Assembly: GCF_964204645.1 (NCBI RefSeq) | Contig: NC_134025.1 | Coordinates: forward strand, 11,780,001 to 11,844,000 | Length of the DNA: 64,000 bases | Reading direction: 5' to 3' | Origin: Tubulanus polymorphus | Lineage: Eukaryota > Animalia > Nemertea | Shown here: positions 11,811 through 37,479 of the stretch, in pieces | How the letters are laid out: every line of letters begins with the position of its first letter | How positions within the stretch are numbered: the stretch's first letter is position 1 | Translations under genes and position numbers: made by a program | The notes under the pieces: generated by a model | Told to the model about the DNA's origin: nothing | Seen by the model: only the letters and a program-made list of their open reading frames with translations | Databases searched by the model: none

Positions 11811-11998
11811 CAGGACCATGACCTGCTAGGGAAGAGAGTACATGGCCCATGTTTTGCAAGGGAAGAGGGTACATGGACCATGACTTGCTAGGAGAGAGAA
11901 CATGGACCAAGACTTGGAAGGGAGAGAGTACATGGCCCATGTTTTGCAAAGGACGATAGTACATGGACCATGAATTGCATGGGGAGGAGAGTACATGT
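11811..11998. repeat. 31-bp minisatellite array 3 (about 6 units)
   Basis: Variants of the array 1 consensus. Confidence 0.9.
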
Positions 11999-12169
11999 AA
12001 GTCTTTGTTTTCGGCTAGTACCCTGATGTGTATTTCTATTTTCATTCTTCAGTCCATGAGTCTTTGTTTATAATTTGTGGCTATTCGGGTGCCTGCAGCT
12101 CCTACCGAGATAACCGCTGTGCAGTCACCCTCCGCGGCCAGTACTAGGACGAATTCTCAGTCGTCCGAC

Positions 12170-12808
12170 ATGGATTATGCGGACGGGTGTTTGTATTGTG
12201 ATTGTCCGACGTTAGCTGTTTTCCATGACGAAATTAAGTGCACGTGCCCAACTTCGGCGTTCCCTTTCCCGACCGTAAGTCCTTCGGGTACGGATTCAAA
12301 CCGGTGTAGCCCGATACAGGCAAGTGAACCATACACACGGCCGCCTTCGTCGGCTGATTCGACCTGTTCTAGCGGCTCGAGTTTTTCGTGCTGTTGTTCT
12401 GTGATGCCTGGTTCGCCAATAGGTAATTACATAAGTCCATTCGACGCAGAGCAACCGATAGACCTATCTGTAACACCATTTTCCGCGGGCGAACCATCAG
12501 CGGTTGACACGTCTGCGGCGGACCCATTGTTGGGCGGGTCTATGGGCACACCCGTCTTAAATTTTCCACGGGAACTGTCCTTAGGCGCGTCCGCGGTTGA
12601 CCGGCCGTTAGACCTTTCACCCGGCGAGTGTTTAGACCCATTTTTGGAGAAGCAGCCTGCCCCTAGTCCTTGCTTGTCGCGGACCATTGAGGAGATCGAC
12701 GAGATTATTTTGTCGTCGACAACCGAAGAGTTGACTGTAGAAAACGTCGACTGCATTTGGGAAAACCTGCTCAGTTGGGCCAATCGTAACGATCAAGTTT
12801 CGAGTTAA
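12170..12808 (+). CDS. Hypothetical Ser/Pro/Cys-rich protein with two PxDLS motifs and an acidic C-terminus
   Basis: Uninterrupted GC-richer ORF (open from 12077, first ATG 12170); PIDLS at 12455, PLDLS at 12605; AATAAA immediately after the stop. Confidence 0.6.
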   Translation: MDYADGCLYCDCPTLAVFHDEIKCTCPTSAFPFPTVSPSGTDSNRCSPIQASEPYTRPPSSADSTCSSGSSFSCCCSVMPGSPIGNYISPFDAEQPIDLSVTPFSAGEPSAVDTSAADPLLGGSMGTPVLNFPRELSLGASAVDRPLDLSPGECLDPFLEKQPAPSPCLSRTIEEIDEIILSSTTEELTVENVDCIWENLLSWANRNDQVSS

Positions 12809-13081
12809 AAAAATAAAGTAACAACTATACTCATGCTCTAATTCGATATCCGCTGTTAGGGCGGCGCCTTATTCCGCTGCTATGTGCCAACGATACCATT
12901 ACCTTCATCGTGATAAAACTTTCAAACTTTGCCAGCGTCAGCTTTCATATAACTTTTTGTTTGTACTAAGATTGAACCTTACGACTAATGCGTGTCAGTT
13001 GCTTGTAGATATTAACTTCTGCAAGCAACAACTGCTGATGGAGAACGTTATTCAAAGTAATGTGACATTTTAATGGGAAAC

Positions 13082-13398
13082 TGTCACGTATAACTTCCTT
13101 TTGTAAATATTTGCTGTTGCACTAACGAGAAATTAATGGGTTTTGGTAATTTCGTTCGCTAATGAGATGGGTTGGGGGAATTGACTGAATATACTGGGGA
13201 TTTTGGACCGTTTGGGATACCGCTAGAAATATTCAGATTGTTGAGATCAGTTCGTGTAATAGAGAGAACGCTGTGAGATTCGTCGAATAAAAATAACTCT
13301 GAAGACAGGAACTCTGTGTGCTGTGCCTTGTTTTCTTCTCGGACGTTTTGTGGTATTTTCACTCACTCAAGCGAAATTCAAACATCCCGTTGGTGACA
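13082..13398 (+). mobile_element. LTR family B, 317 bp (second near-identical copy)
   Basis: TGTCAC...GTGACA; about 7 substitutions versus 11167-11483 by eye. Confidence 0.9.
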
Positions 13399-13404
13399 GC
13401 ATGT

Positions 13405-13725
13405 TAGGGAAGGACTTCAGGCAAAGTTTGCAGATTTCAATGTCCAGCACAATGAATTAGCTTTTTATTATCAGGTACAGGATATTTTCACTAAAACGAA
13501 TAATAATTTATATATGACCATCAATATTCCTTTATCCTTGACTAAGGCTTTTTTCGGCTTGTACAATGTGATGGCTTTTCCAGTTCCTTATAATTCTTCG
13601 ACTACACACATTACTTTACTATCCGGTTTACCCGATTATTTTGTTATAACAGACGATGGGCAATTTTATACCGAACTTACATCTAAATTTTATTCGTCCT
13701 GTTAAAGAAAATACTCCTGCACACA
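13405..13725 (+). pseudogene. env: Internal env fragment (duplicate of 11490-11810)
   Basis: Identical translated ORF (13514-13705 equals 11599-11790), same premature stop. Confidence 0.8.
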
Positions 13726-13944
13726 CAGGACCATGACCTGCTAGGGAAGAGAGTACATGGCCCATGTTTTGCAAGGGAAGAGGGTACATGGATCATGACT
13801 TGCTAGGAGAGAGAACATGGACCAAGACTTGCAAGGGAGAGAGTAGATGGACCATGTTTTGCAAGGGAAGAGAGTACATGGCACATGTTTTGCAAACGAA
13901 GATAGTACATGGACCATGAATTGCATGGGGAGGAGAGTACATGT
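13726..13944. repeat. 31-bp minisatellite array 4 (about 7 units)
   Basis: Duplicate of array 3 with one extra unit. Confidence 0.9.
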
Positions 13945-14177
13945 AAGTCTTTGTTTTCGGCTAGTACCCTGATGTGTATTTCTATTTTTATTCTTCAGTC
14001 CATGAGTGTTTGTTTATAATTTGTGTGGACAGTGGCTTTGCAGCCACCTAAGAAGGCAGGAGACAAACTGGGGATACTCTGAGTGCATTAAAATATCAAT
14101 AAATATAAATTTTAATATAGGTGAGCTGCTATTGATTTTTGGTTAGTTGAATGTGAGTATTTGCTACAGCAATCAGG

Positions 14178-14350
14178 TAAGGGTAGAGAGTGCATGGACC
14201 ATTACGTGCAAGGGTAGGGAGTGCATGGACCATGACTTGTGAGGAAAGAGAGTACATAGACCACATGCACTCTTGCGAGAGAAGATAGAACATGGACCAT
14301 GACTCGCAAGAGAAGATAGTACATGGACTAAAGAGAAGATAGCACATGCA
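14178..14350. repeat. 31-bp minisatellite array 5, degenerate
   Basis: Repeated AGAGTGCATGGACCATGACT-like units. Confidence 0.8.
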
Positions 14351-14654
14351 CGTTTTCAGTTTGTGGTAAAAAAAGAGAAAATTTGTTATAGGGCCCATTT
14401 GATAGAAATTGAAAGATTAAAACTTGGTTAAACAAAATGGTTGGTCAGCTAGGTGAGGTTCTTTATAGAGTTTAGAGCTGTCTATACAAAAGAGGTTGAT
14501 AAGATAATCATATAGTTTAGAAATAAGGGACGATTTAAGTTGATTGTCGAGATTGAAAAAATTGGGGTACCAGTATGGCCACTATGATTACTCCAGAACC
14601 ATTTTTTGGAGCAACTCGAGGTAGTTAGTGCCTATTTAGCGAACACAGACGTCA

Positions 14655-14775
14655 CTTCTATAAGGCCACCAAATTGTTCAGGAAGAACATCAGATGATGT
14701 ACATAGTGAAAAAGCAGTTCTCGGATTTTTCAAATTGGGATGGTATGAGAAGGCTAAAGGCACGCTTCTATATTA
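14655..14775 (+). pseudogene. Highly decayed gag N-terminal remnant
   Basis: IRPPNCSGRTSDDVH...GW resembles the P..FSG...DV...GW pattern of the gag at 1428. Confidence 0.4.
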
Positions 14776-15009
14776 AGATGTACTCGCTCGTGAGTGGTAT
14801 TGGGTAAGCTTGATCTGTCTAACTCAGGAGATTAACATATAAATGAAGCTACAAAGAATATAATAGGGCGGTTAACAAACTATAGACTGCCTTATTCCAT
14901 AAATGGGACTCGCCTTCAAGCTAAGTGGGTTCGGGAACAAGAGTAATCCTGAATGTTCTGCCCTTAGAAAACCACATCAAGCGGCTTAAGCAATAGAATA
15001 CTCAATATT

Positions 15010-15160
15010 GGCAACAACCAAAATCTGTTTGAAAATACAAATTCCATGGCTCTTATGTATCAATTGAAAGGAAGTCGGAGGTGGGATTCACTGTACACAA
15101 CATTAATAGGAAAAAACTTTTCGATAAGGTGATACATGTCAATAGAATTAAACTACTTAT
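15010..15160 (+). pseudogene. Gypsy integrase C-terminal (GPY/F) remnant
   Basis: KFHGSYVSIERKSEVGFTV...KVIHVNRIK matches the GPY...VHVNRLK pattern. Confidence 0.65.
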
Positions 15161-15650
15161 CCATCCCATGGATGAAACCCTTGACATCCCAATGAAGCTA
15201 GGGAATGATGAAGTAATTGATTTCTTTAAACCTGATGATTTACCCCTGAGAATGTTGCAATTGACACTTACACTAAACTTAGCAAGACAATACATCACCT
15301 TAAAAATACAGGCCTGTCATTGACAATCACGAGCATGGTTATTAATTCATTGTTAACATTTAATCACGTATAGGTAAGTGCTAAACTAAACAAAAATTTG
15401 TTTGGGCCATGACTATTACAAGAAATACACTTCACCCTAAAAATAATTTACTTTAATTTGTATATCAAGCCTAGATGTTTTAGGCAGAAAACCGGTTATT
15501 GCTGTATTCGGTACGGCTACCATATCCCATAAGTACATATCCCATATCCTATAAATTTTTTGAATCTATCAAAATTGTTGACAGACACAACATCATATAG
15601 TTCAACCAAAATTATTAACATAAAAACATTTTAGACCACAGTTTTGATAA

Positions 15651-16208
<558 letters not shown>

Positions 16209-16526
16209 TTACAGATTCAAGGTTTTAACATATCAGACAATTTTCCTCTTCATAGCTGATTAGATAATCATTGGCATTTATGTTGTAATGCATAGCACCT
16301 GGCACCAGTTACTTGGACGAATGAACCAGCGAAGCCCTTATTTCATTACATCAAATAGTAGCGGCTTGACCAGGTGTGTTTTTACCGTATATCATGAATT
16401 TCCATCTAAAACATTATGATAAACGCTTTTTTAAACAGACTGCAGATTAATAGTTAATCAATAATTGCTTATCCAATATGCTTATTCAATAATTACCTAC
16501 ACTCAGATACAATACAGACACCTTTC

Positions 16527-16830
16527 ATCCTCTGAACGATACGATTCCTCCCCGTTCAAATCATACATACGTATGCTTTCTTCATCATCGGCCTTTCGTG
16601 ATTGATTGGCTACAAGTGATTGTAGTGGTTATGCAGTACAGGATTAGTTCAGCAAATGCCATCCTCTGAACCTCACGATTCATCCGATCCATTCACTTTT
16701 GTCCTCTGAACAGTATGATTTATCCAATTCGTTCAAATCATACATCCGTGCTTCATCATCAGTCTTTCGTGACATATTGGAAACAAGCGATTGTAGTGGT
16801 TATGCAGGACAGAATTATTTGAGCGAATGC
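16527..16830. repeat. Diverged tandem duplication, unit about 175 bp
   Basis: CCTCTGAAC...GTTCAAATCATACAT...GATTGTAGTGGTTATGCAG occurs twice. Confidence 0.75.
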
Positions 16831-17666
16831 AGGTCACCTGAAGAAAAAAACCGAAAAAGCTAATTATGATGACGGTAATAAGGTGACATCAGCGGGGACA
16901 GACATGGTACAGCAGAGTACAGATGATTAGGATAAATGCACATGACAGTGGTTAATTTGTAAAGTCCCATTTCGGAATAAACTATTGTATGAATAAGTCA
17001 GATTTCATAAGCCAGCCTAAAATCTCTCAGTCAAAATCAGAAAATAAGTACAGTAGACTCTGCCTGAATCGGTAGCGGTCTATCCGGTAATCAGTTCAAT
17101 TTGGTAATAAGATTCCTGTTCGCTACTATTTTTCAATACATAAACACTGCCTAGTGCAGTATCACTAAATTGGTTATCTGCCTTCTTACTGTCATACAGT
17201 TGCTATCCATTGTTGGTCCATCAAATTTCATACAAGTTACCATAAAAAAAATTTATGTTATTATGACCACGTATCTTCCTTCTTATCAAATCTTTCAGGT
17301 ATAACTCAGGATGCAGAAAAATCAAACATAACCCCAACACATTCACTATATTATCACCGCAGGGTGAAAGGCGAAAAACCAGTCGAGTATGGCTTCAAAG
17401 CAAAAATGAACTTTAATTAACATTGCTGACGGCTACAGAAAATGAGGGAATATACAATTATGGAAATTTAAGCATCAGGTTTGCAAAATCAGCTTTGCGA
17501 TTTTGGATTAGGTTTTTAAGTTAAAATTTTTTTAAACTAATTACCACCACATCTCGATCGCTACACCATATCAGGTATACATCATGTATACGTGATCTGA
17601 AAGTCGACGTTAATTAACGGGAGGCGTTGTCCTTCCGCTTCATTGCGAAGTGGCTCCGCGACAAAT

Positions 17667-18839
17667 ATGACAAGCACTTCGTTAAGCACCGGTTCTAGTA
17701 CTAATACAGCGACATCGTACGATTCTGGAAGCGGCAACAACACGAGCAATGAAAAGGCCTTGACTGTCGAAACGACGACTCTGAATTGGTGCCAGATCGA
17801 ACGAAAGCTACCAGTACAATTCCAATACGAGTTCAGCGTTTATCTTTACCTCGTCGCCTACACGACGTTCTGCATATTCGGAGTGTTCTTCAACAGCCTG
17901 ACGATAAGCACGCTGCGACGAATGCCGAAGAGCGATTCGTATTACCTCGTACGAGTGCTCGCGATCTTTGATTTAACGTTCTTGCTCGTCGTCACCGCTC
18001 TGTACCCGATACGAACGACGTACGTATACATCGTGCTCGGCGACATCATTTTTCGAAGCGACGATTACCACTATGGGAAAGTCATCATTCAAATAGCCGA
18101 GCCGCTTTACTATACCCTGCAGATGGGGAGGAATTGGATCGTCGTCTTGTTAAGCTTCGAACGCATGGTCATCGTTTTATTTCCATTGAAGTCGCGTGCG
18201 CTTTGGACGCGAACGGTCGTCAACGCACACATATCGTTCATCGTTGTCGCGTCGTTCGCCGCATTTTCGCTCTACTATCTACCGCGCTTCGTCCCCCGCC
18301 CGGTCGATTGCAACGTGAAATGGGTCGACATCGTCGAATGGCACGAAACCGTGTTCAACAAAATGTGGGACGTATTCTTCGTAATATACGTGATGGAAAA
18401 CATATCGGCGATGTTCTTCACTTTCATGACGCCGGTCAGCTTGCTGCTCGTCATCAATTCCGTGCTTATGGTAACGTTCGTTGTCAAGAAATTCAGTCGT
18501 CGAAAACTATTCACGCAGAAAGCGTCGATCAGTCAGTCACACGCCGCCGAACAGAGCAAACTGATTCGAATGTCGATAGCCGTCGTCATTACGTACACGG
18601 CGTGCGAACTACCGGGAATAATCGATCGGGTCATCATGCTCGGATGGATCGAAACGAACATCACGCTACGAGAGGCGATGTACTTCCGCAAAATTTCCAT
18701 ATCATTGACGATTTTAGATTCGTGCTTGAACTTTTTCCTCTACTGTTTCACGAACAACAAATTCAAACATAAAGCCATCGAAATTCTTTGCTGCGGCGAA
18801 AACAAGGTGAAGTTTTTCCATCGGCGTAAGTCACCCTGA
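17667..18839 (+). CDS. Intronless class A (rhodopsin-like) GPCR, FMRFamide/peptide-receptor-like, 390 aa
   Basis: Seven hydrophobic segments; N-glycosylation sequons in a Ser/Thr-rich N-terminus; TM1 N, TM2 LAIFD, TM3 SFERM, TM5 P, TM6 CELP, TM7 DSCLNFFLY, helix 8 and CC palmitoylation site. Confidence 0.92.
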   Translation: MTSTSLSTGSSTNTATSYDSGSGNNTSNEKALTVETTTLNWCQIERKLPVQFQYEFSVYLYLVAYTTFCIFGVFFNSLTISTLRRMPKSDSYYLVRVLAIFDLTFLLVVTALYPIRTTYVYIVLGDIIFRSDDYHYGKVIIQIAEPLYYTLQMGRNWIVVLLSFERMVIVLFPLKSRALWTRTVVNAHISFIVVASFAAFSLYYLPRFVPRPVDCNVKWVDIVEWHETVFNKMWDVFFVIYVMENISAMFFTFMTPVSLLLVINSVLMVTFVVKKFSRRKLFTQKASISQSHAAEQSKLIRMSIAVVITYTACELPGIIDRVIMLGWIETNITLREAMYFRKISISLTILDSCLNFFLYCFTNNKFKHKAIEILCCGENKVKFFHRRKSP

Positions 18840-21800
18840 TCGCAAATACTGTACTCTTAAACTATGTATCAAGTCAGATGTTTTAATGGGATTTAAAGGG
18901 AATTTTTACGTCTTTTGTTCTCTTGAAGAATGAAAACCCTAACTAAAAAAAGACATACAGCTCAATTTTTGTACGATGTATTGACTTTCCTTTCTAAATA
19001 CCGACTGCAGGGGTGAGACTTGCATCTCTACCTTATAACTGTGTTTGCTTCATAGCATGTCTGCCCTCAGTGTCCGACTTGTAGCTAGTGTTATTAACAC
19101 AGTTTTTATCATTCGCGTCACAAAATACTACACCTTAACACGATATCCTCAAATATTTTCATCTGTTTGGTTCTGGAGGAGCCAACTCACCAACAGAAAT
19201 GAGAAATGATTCCAGTGATAGACTGCTGAGACGACTAATACAGAGGATCTTAAACATGGCTCCTACAAATCATTTATCCCAAAATCTAAGATCATTCCAA
19301 GACATTGTAGATAATTTAGGGGGTCACTCGCCAAAATTTTCTGATATACTTATGAATTAGTGCCTTTGAAAAATTGCAGGTCGACAATTCTTAGTATTTT
19401 GCACTTAATAAGACTGAATTTTGGGAATTTTAGATAGGCAGGTACCATGTTTTAAGCGTGATACTTCACCTTCATGGACCTTCAAGCACGGACCAGTTAA
19501 AAGTCAAACTTGATTACCATTACTTATATATACTTCATAGCCACTTGGCGCTTGTCGGCAAATACTGTTTAAATATTCCCTATATGAACTGTTATGTAAT
19601 CTTTCATTAATCATACACACATCTTACACACAATAATAACACTGCCCCTTTCGCAGGGATAAATCTTGAATGTGTCAAAAAAATGATGTTCCATTTCGTC
19701 ATTACAATTTCAACGTAGTCCTAAATCAAAATGAAAAATTTGAAATAAATGTGAAAGGAAATAGAGCGGCAAGTGAAAATTCTGAATATCGTAAACAACC
19801 AGACACAAAAAATATCCGACCAATAATTCACTTGAAAAATTTCTTCATCCAATAAACTTGATCATAATTTCATTCAGGTCATCAGTTGAAACGGGACTTA
19901 TTAAAAATCCATTCCATTATTGCGAAGACAGTTGTCAGTTTTCCGATTGCTTTAATTACGATGCTTTAATCAACGAAATTACTTACCAGTATGTCAGTAG
20001 TCATTTGTTTTTCAGTTAATTTTCTATTAGAAATTTCTGTCCTTATAAGCACAGGTGAAGCCCCAAATATTTGGAAGAATATTCAAGCAGGCCCATATTG
20101 AACGCACTAGCGAGTGCATCCAAACAGCAGGGTTCTGAATTATTCATGAACGGATTGAAAATACATGAAAACAAACATAGCATGGTAAACGCCATTTTCA
20201 CATCACTCCCATCATCGGCATAACAAAAGCAGGCTTAATAAGCGCCGAATCACATACGATGCCAACTCACTCTTCGTTAGCCCAGAATTGCTAGTTAACA
20301 TCCCTTTGATACGTATTATGTTCGTGACATGTGGTGCAGGCCATTAATGTCAGAGCGCTTATACTCGCTCTATACACGATGCCCAGTCTATCCATGATTT
20401 ATATCTTCATGATTCATAATGTAAAACTAACATACATTAGCGTTCAATCCTACGTAGCAACATAGGAAATAATCTCTACGGAATGATAAGGTTTTCAGCT
20501 GTTTTCGCAATCGGCTGCCTTCTATTCGTAAATCATTCAAAAAAGATCATAGGAAAATACTACTCAAGATGATCAGCCATTTAGCTGCAGGGACAACTGA
20601 ATGCTCCCCTCCTCCCAGTTATGGCTGTGAGTTCTGCTTGCATACAGTGACATAAAAATTCATGTTGAAAGCCCATCTAGAATACTTCCACTTATTCATT
20701 GTAATAACACATCGTTGGTTTTTGCAAGAATAGGCTGCCAACAATTTGCCTGACATAAAAAAACCTCCGTATATCCATATCTACCGGTAAATAAGTCTCA
20801 GATCTCTACCCTATGGTGACAATAGAATAATTCATACAAGTGCTACATTAATAAGACAGAAACCGTTTATATTATTCTAGATTATTCTAGATTCTCACTG
20901 ATTAGGCAGGGGCTAATCATCTCCGTATGATAGAGGCTATCATTTTAGCTTCTTAGCATTATTCCATTTGAATGCTAACTAGTTCTGGAGTCGAGCTTGT
21001 CACAGCATTGTTTCTATAGTAACGAGTGATCGTGATTTATAGGCCTACACACTCTAACAATGCATGCAAATGTTGTGTAGGGAGCCAGCTGCAAATTAAT
21101 TCCTTAACGATGTGATATGTGGGAGCTATTTCAATGGGTATGGGGCATTAAGCCCCATATCTGTAATTGCCAATAGCATTCATCTGAAACAAGTTTTTTC
21201 ATCAGAATCAATTCAAAACCTCTTGTAGGGTATGTCTAAAATAATACCTAGGCCTATTAGAAATTCAAATATATTAATTATTTTTCAATAGTTCTCCCCG
21301 TAAAACTAAGACAAATATAGTGGTTGCCTCTTAGTTTTGGACCTTGCCGATATAGTATAGGCCTACTACAAGCGCATCAGTGACTCATTCATTGATCCAG
21401 CGATATAAGAAGATTTCACATGAGAAATTTCAGCATTAATATCAATTCGCAGCAGTTATCGCAGAGATGTTCAAATGATTACTCTTTGTTTTGAACCATT
21501 TCGATAAGTCTAAATAACCTAGCTCTTTTGTAACAAAAAAATAGCTTAAAACAAAATCAACAACAAACAATCAATACCCATTATAACGAATAAGCTTGCT
21601 TACCATCTCATCAATCAGCCCTCTCAGTCTCTCCTCCAACTGCACGATTTCTGATTCACCGAGATTCGCCTTAATGTCTGGGTAGAACATGGGACTCGTA
21701 TCATCTGTATTGTCAGATTGCAGATCATTAGAAAAACCATAATAATGTGTTAGGCCTATATCCAGGGCACATAGCCTCTGTATGGTACTAACTGAAGTGT

Positions 21801-24226
21801 GGTGATGTCCGCACTGATTCGACTGCCTGGCTGACAATTAACTGACAAGTAAAATCAATCGCCTACAGTCAGCCCCACAAGGCTCCGCAACCGCAAATGG
21901 CACGTAACAGCAAATTACATGATGAAATCAAATACCAGAATTCATAGACGAAACGTCGCTTTTCAGAGATCAAACTTCAGTTCAGTGGTGGCTAATTCGG
22001 GCTTACGGGCCACTCGCAGTCCTGGTGGAACTTCAGTGAGTTCGCCGGCTCTGGTTATATTAGTAAACAGCCTAATTTCATTTATCAAGTCTGTTTTTGA
22101 AGTGAAGGTCCGCCTTGAAAACCAGCCGAGATATCCTACTGATATTTAATCGTTTCGGAGGAACCATTTTCTGGGACACACTGTATTGATAGTGCTTACA
22201 ATCAGAGATCAAATTATCTAAAAATCCTCGAATTCTCGCACAAAGAAATCTCTAATGCTATCCACAGTCGCTATACTTTCTACATCTCACTTTCTATTCT
22301 AGTCTAAAAACCAAATTCGGCAACTTGAACTATATCTTATCATCCTCAAGACTTGGAACTTTTGTCACCGCTCGTTCGCAGTCCACTGCTGCATAGCTGA
22401 AAAGCTGGGTCTGGTCATGGACGTAAACTAGAGGCGAATTTATCCCATTATTTTTAGGCGATTTTCCTAATAATAAATTGCTAATCTAATCAAATAACAT
22501 TTGCAAAACAGGATGAATTTGACGACTTGTTCGAAACTGCTGAGAAGAAAATACTGCCCGCTTTTTGAAATATCATTTCGAATGAGTTTCTTTTCTCTTA
22601 AGAAGTTTTGATCAATTTTTATCAGTTTCCGAAAAGAAATTTGTGAGTCCACCATCTTCAAATCGTATCAAATCACATCCGGAGGTGATTTGACAAATCG
22701 ATTTGAATTTGATACCGTGTTAAATCGTCAAAAATTAGACCAAATCAAATTTGATTATGTCAAGATAAAAACGATTTTACTTTCAAATTTAATTTGATAT
22801 GATAAATTCGCCTTAGATTTATTTAGATCTAGATTGTGACGTCCATGGTCTGATCGGGTGTGTAGGCACCGGTAACACTTGTAATTGCGAGGGCGGAGGC
22901 GGACCAAGAGCTTATATTGAGGGGTAGCACCCGACAAGAAGGGCAATGATTATCACAAAGAGGCACTACCCACGCGTAACGAAAGGGGGTCTGTTGGCCC
23001 TCCCCTACGAAAATTTCTAAAAATAAAACCCCGCCGATGAGATTTCTAAGCATTTGAGCTTGTTTCAACCAAAGGAGCCTTTCGACGTCCTCAGGTGTAC
23101 CGAATTTTTGACGGGAATGATTTTCGAGACCAACTGAAAACCTAGAGGGTATAGCACGTGCCCCACGAGGTGCTACCCCCTGGATCCGCGTCTGTGAGGA
23201 GCATGTGCTATTTAATTGCAAAATTACATGTAGATCGTAGCCTTTCAATTTCACTGAACTCTATGTCCTTAGTCGAGTGTATAACTCAAACTCAAATGGA
23301 AAAATGTGTAATCTTTCTAAATTCATTAGTAGAATTAGACGAAAATATTTTCGGACGCCCTCCCTGAATAAATTGAAATTCATTAACATATCTTACGGAA
23401 TAGAAGTTTTTTTCTGTCATGATTTGTACGCAATACATTTTATCAGATAGGCACACATTTTTGCATTTAAAAACGCCACTGAGGTGTCATAATAATTTTG
23501 AGAGAAAAACGTGGACTGTAACGGGGACATCGGGTATAGGCTACAGTAATTTAAAAATTCACTATTGTTGCAAATTTCTCGAAATTCTATAAAAACAATT
23601 AGTTTCTTGCAGAAATAATCAATTTTGATCAAAGGTCGTGAATTGGCTATTTGTCTGAATTTTTGATTAATCTCTGTCTGGGACACGAAACTGGCGACTC
23701 GTGATGGTGGCTGATTCGGGCCATAAGGCATACAACTAATATTTTGTACGCCTTTATCCGGCGCGATAAATTGTTTACATTAACCCATTTTTTGTTTTTG
23801 TTTTTCGCGCGGTAGTCCAAAAAGTTTGATTTTCTCGTGCGAGAAAAACACAACATTTTGGTTTTCTCGCGCGAGAAAACAAAATGTTTTGAATTCCTGC
23901 GCGAGAAAACCAAGGAATGGGCCAATGTAATCAATTTTTTCATTTTACTTTTAGTCGTCGAAAATTTCTTTTTTTAGTAAGGCCACCATATTTTCACCTC
24001 TCCTCGGCAGGGACTCGCACCTGATGGGGCCGAGACGGCTACGGTTCGGAGGGTGCACTTTCATGAAGAGATTTGGATTTTCGAGTTACACATAGACGCA
24101 TGGTGTGCGCGCTGAGATGTTTCATGCCACACATGATTTGACCGCCGCCGGGTTTAGTAAGCTTCAACTCAATATTTCGTGCGTGGGGCGTATTGGTTCG
24201 ACTCATTAATTCAATATTATAGTAGG

Positions 24227-37479
<13,253 letters not shown>

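Noticed and set aside
12185-12205. LxCxE Rb-binding motif in the PxDLS ORF
   Set aside because: Sequence is LYCDC; the required acidic residue at position 5 is missing
8845-14350. 31-bp palindromic repeats as a CRISPR array
   Set aside because: Units are contiguous with no unique spacers, no cas genes, and the context is eukaryotic
18134-18772. 212-aa Arg-rich ORF overlapping the GPCR
   Set aside because: Alternative-frame shadow of GC-rich GPCR codons; no motifs
24158-24226. Upstream mitochondrial targeting extension of MTHFD1
   Set aside because: In-frame TAA at 24158 with no ATG before 24227; intact YxxxK also argues against MTHFD1L
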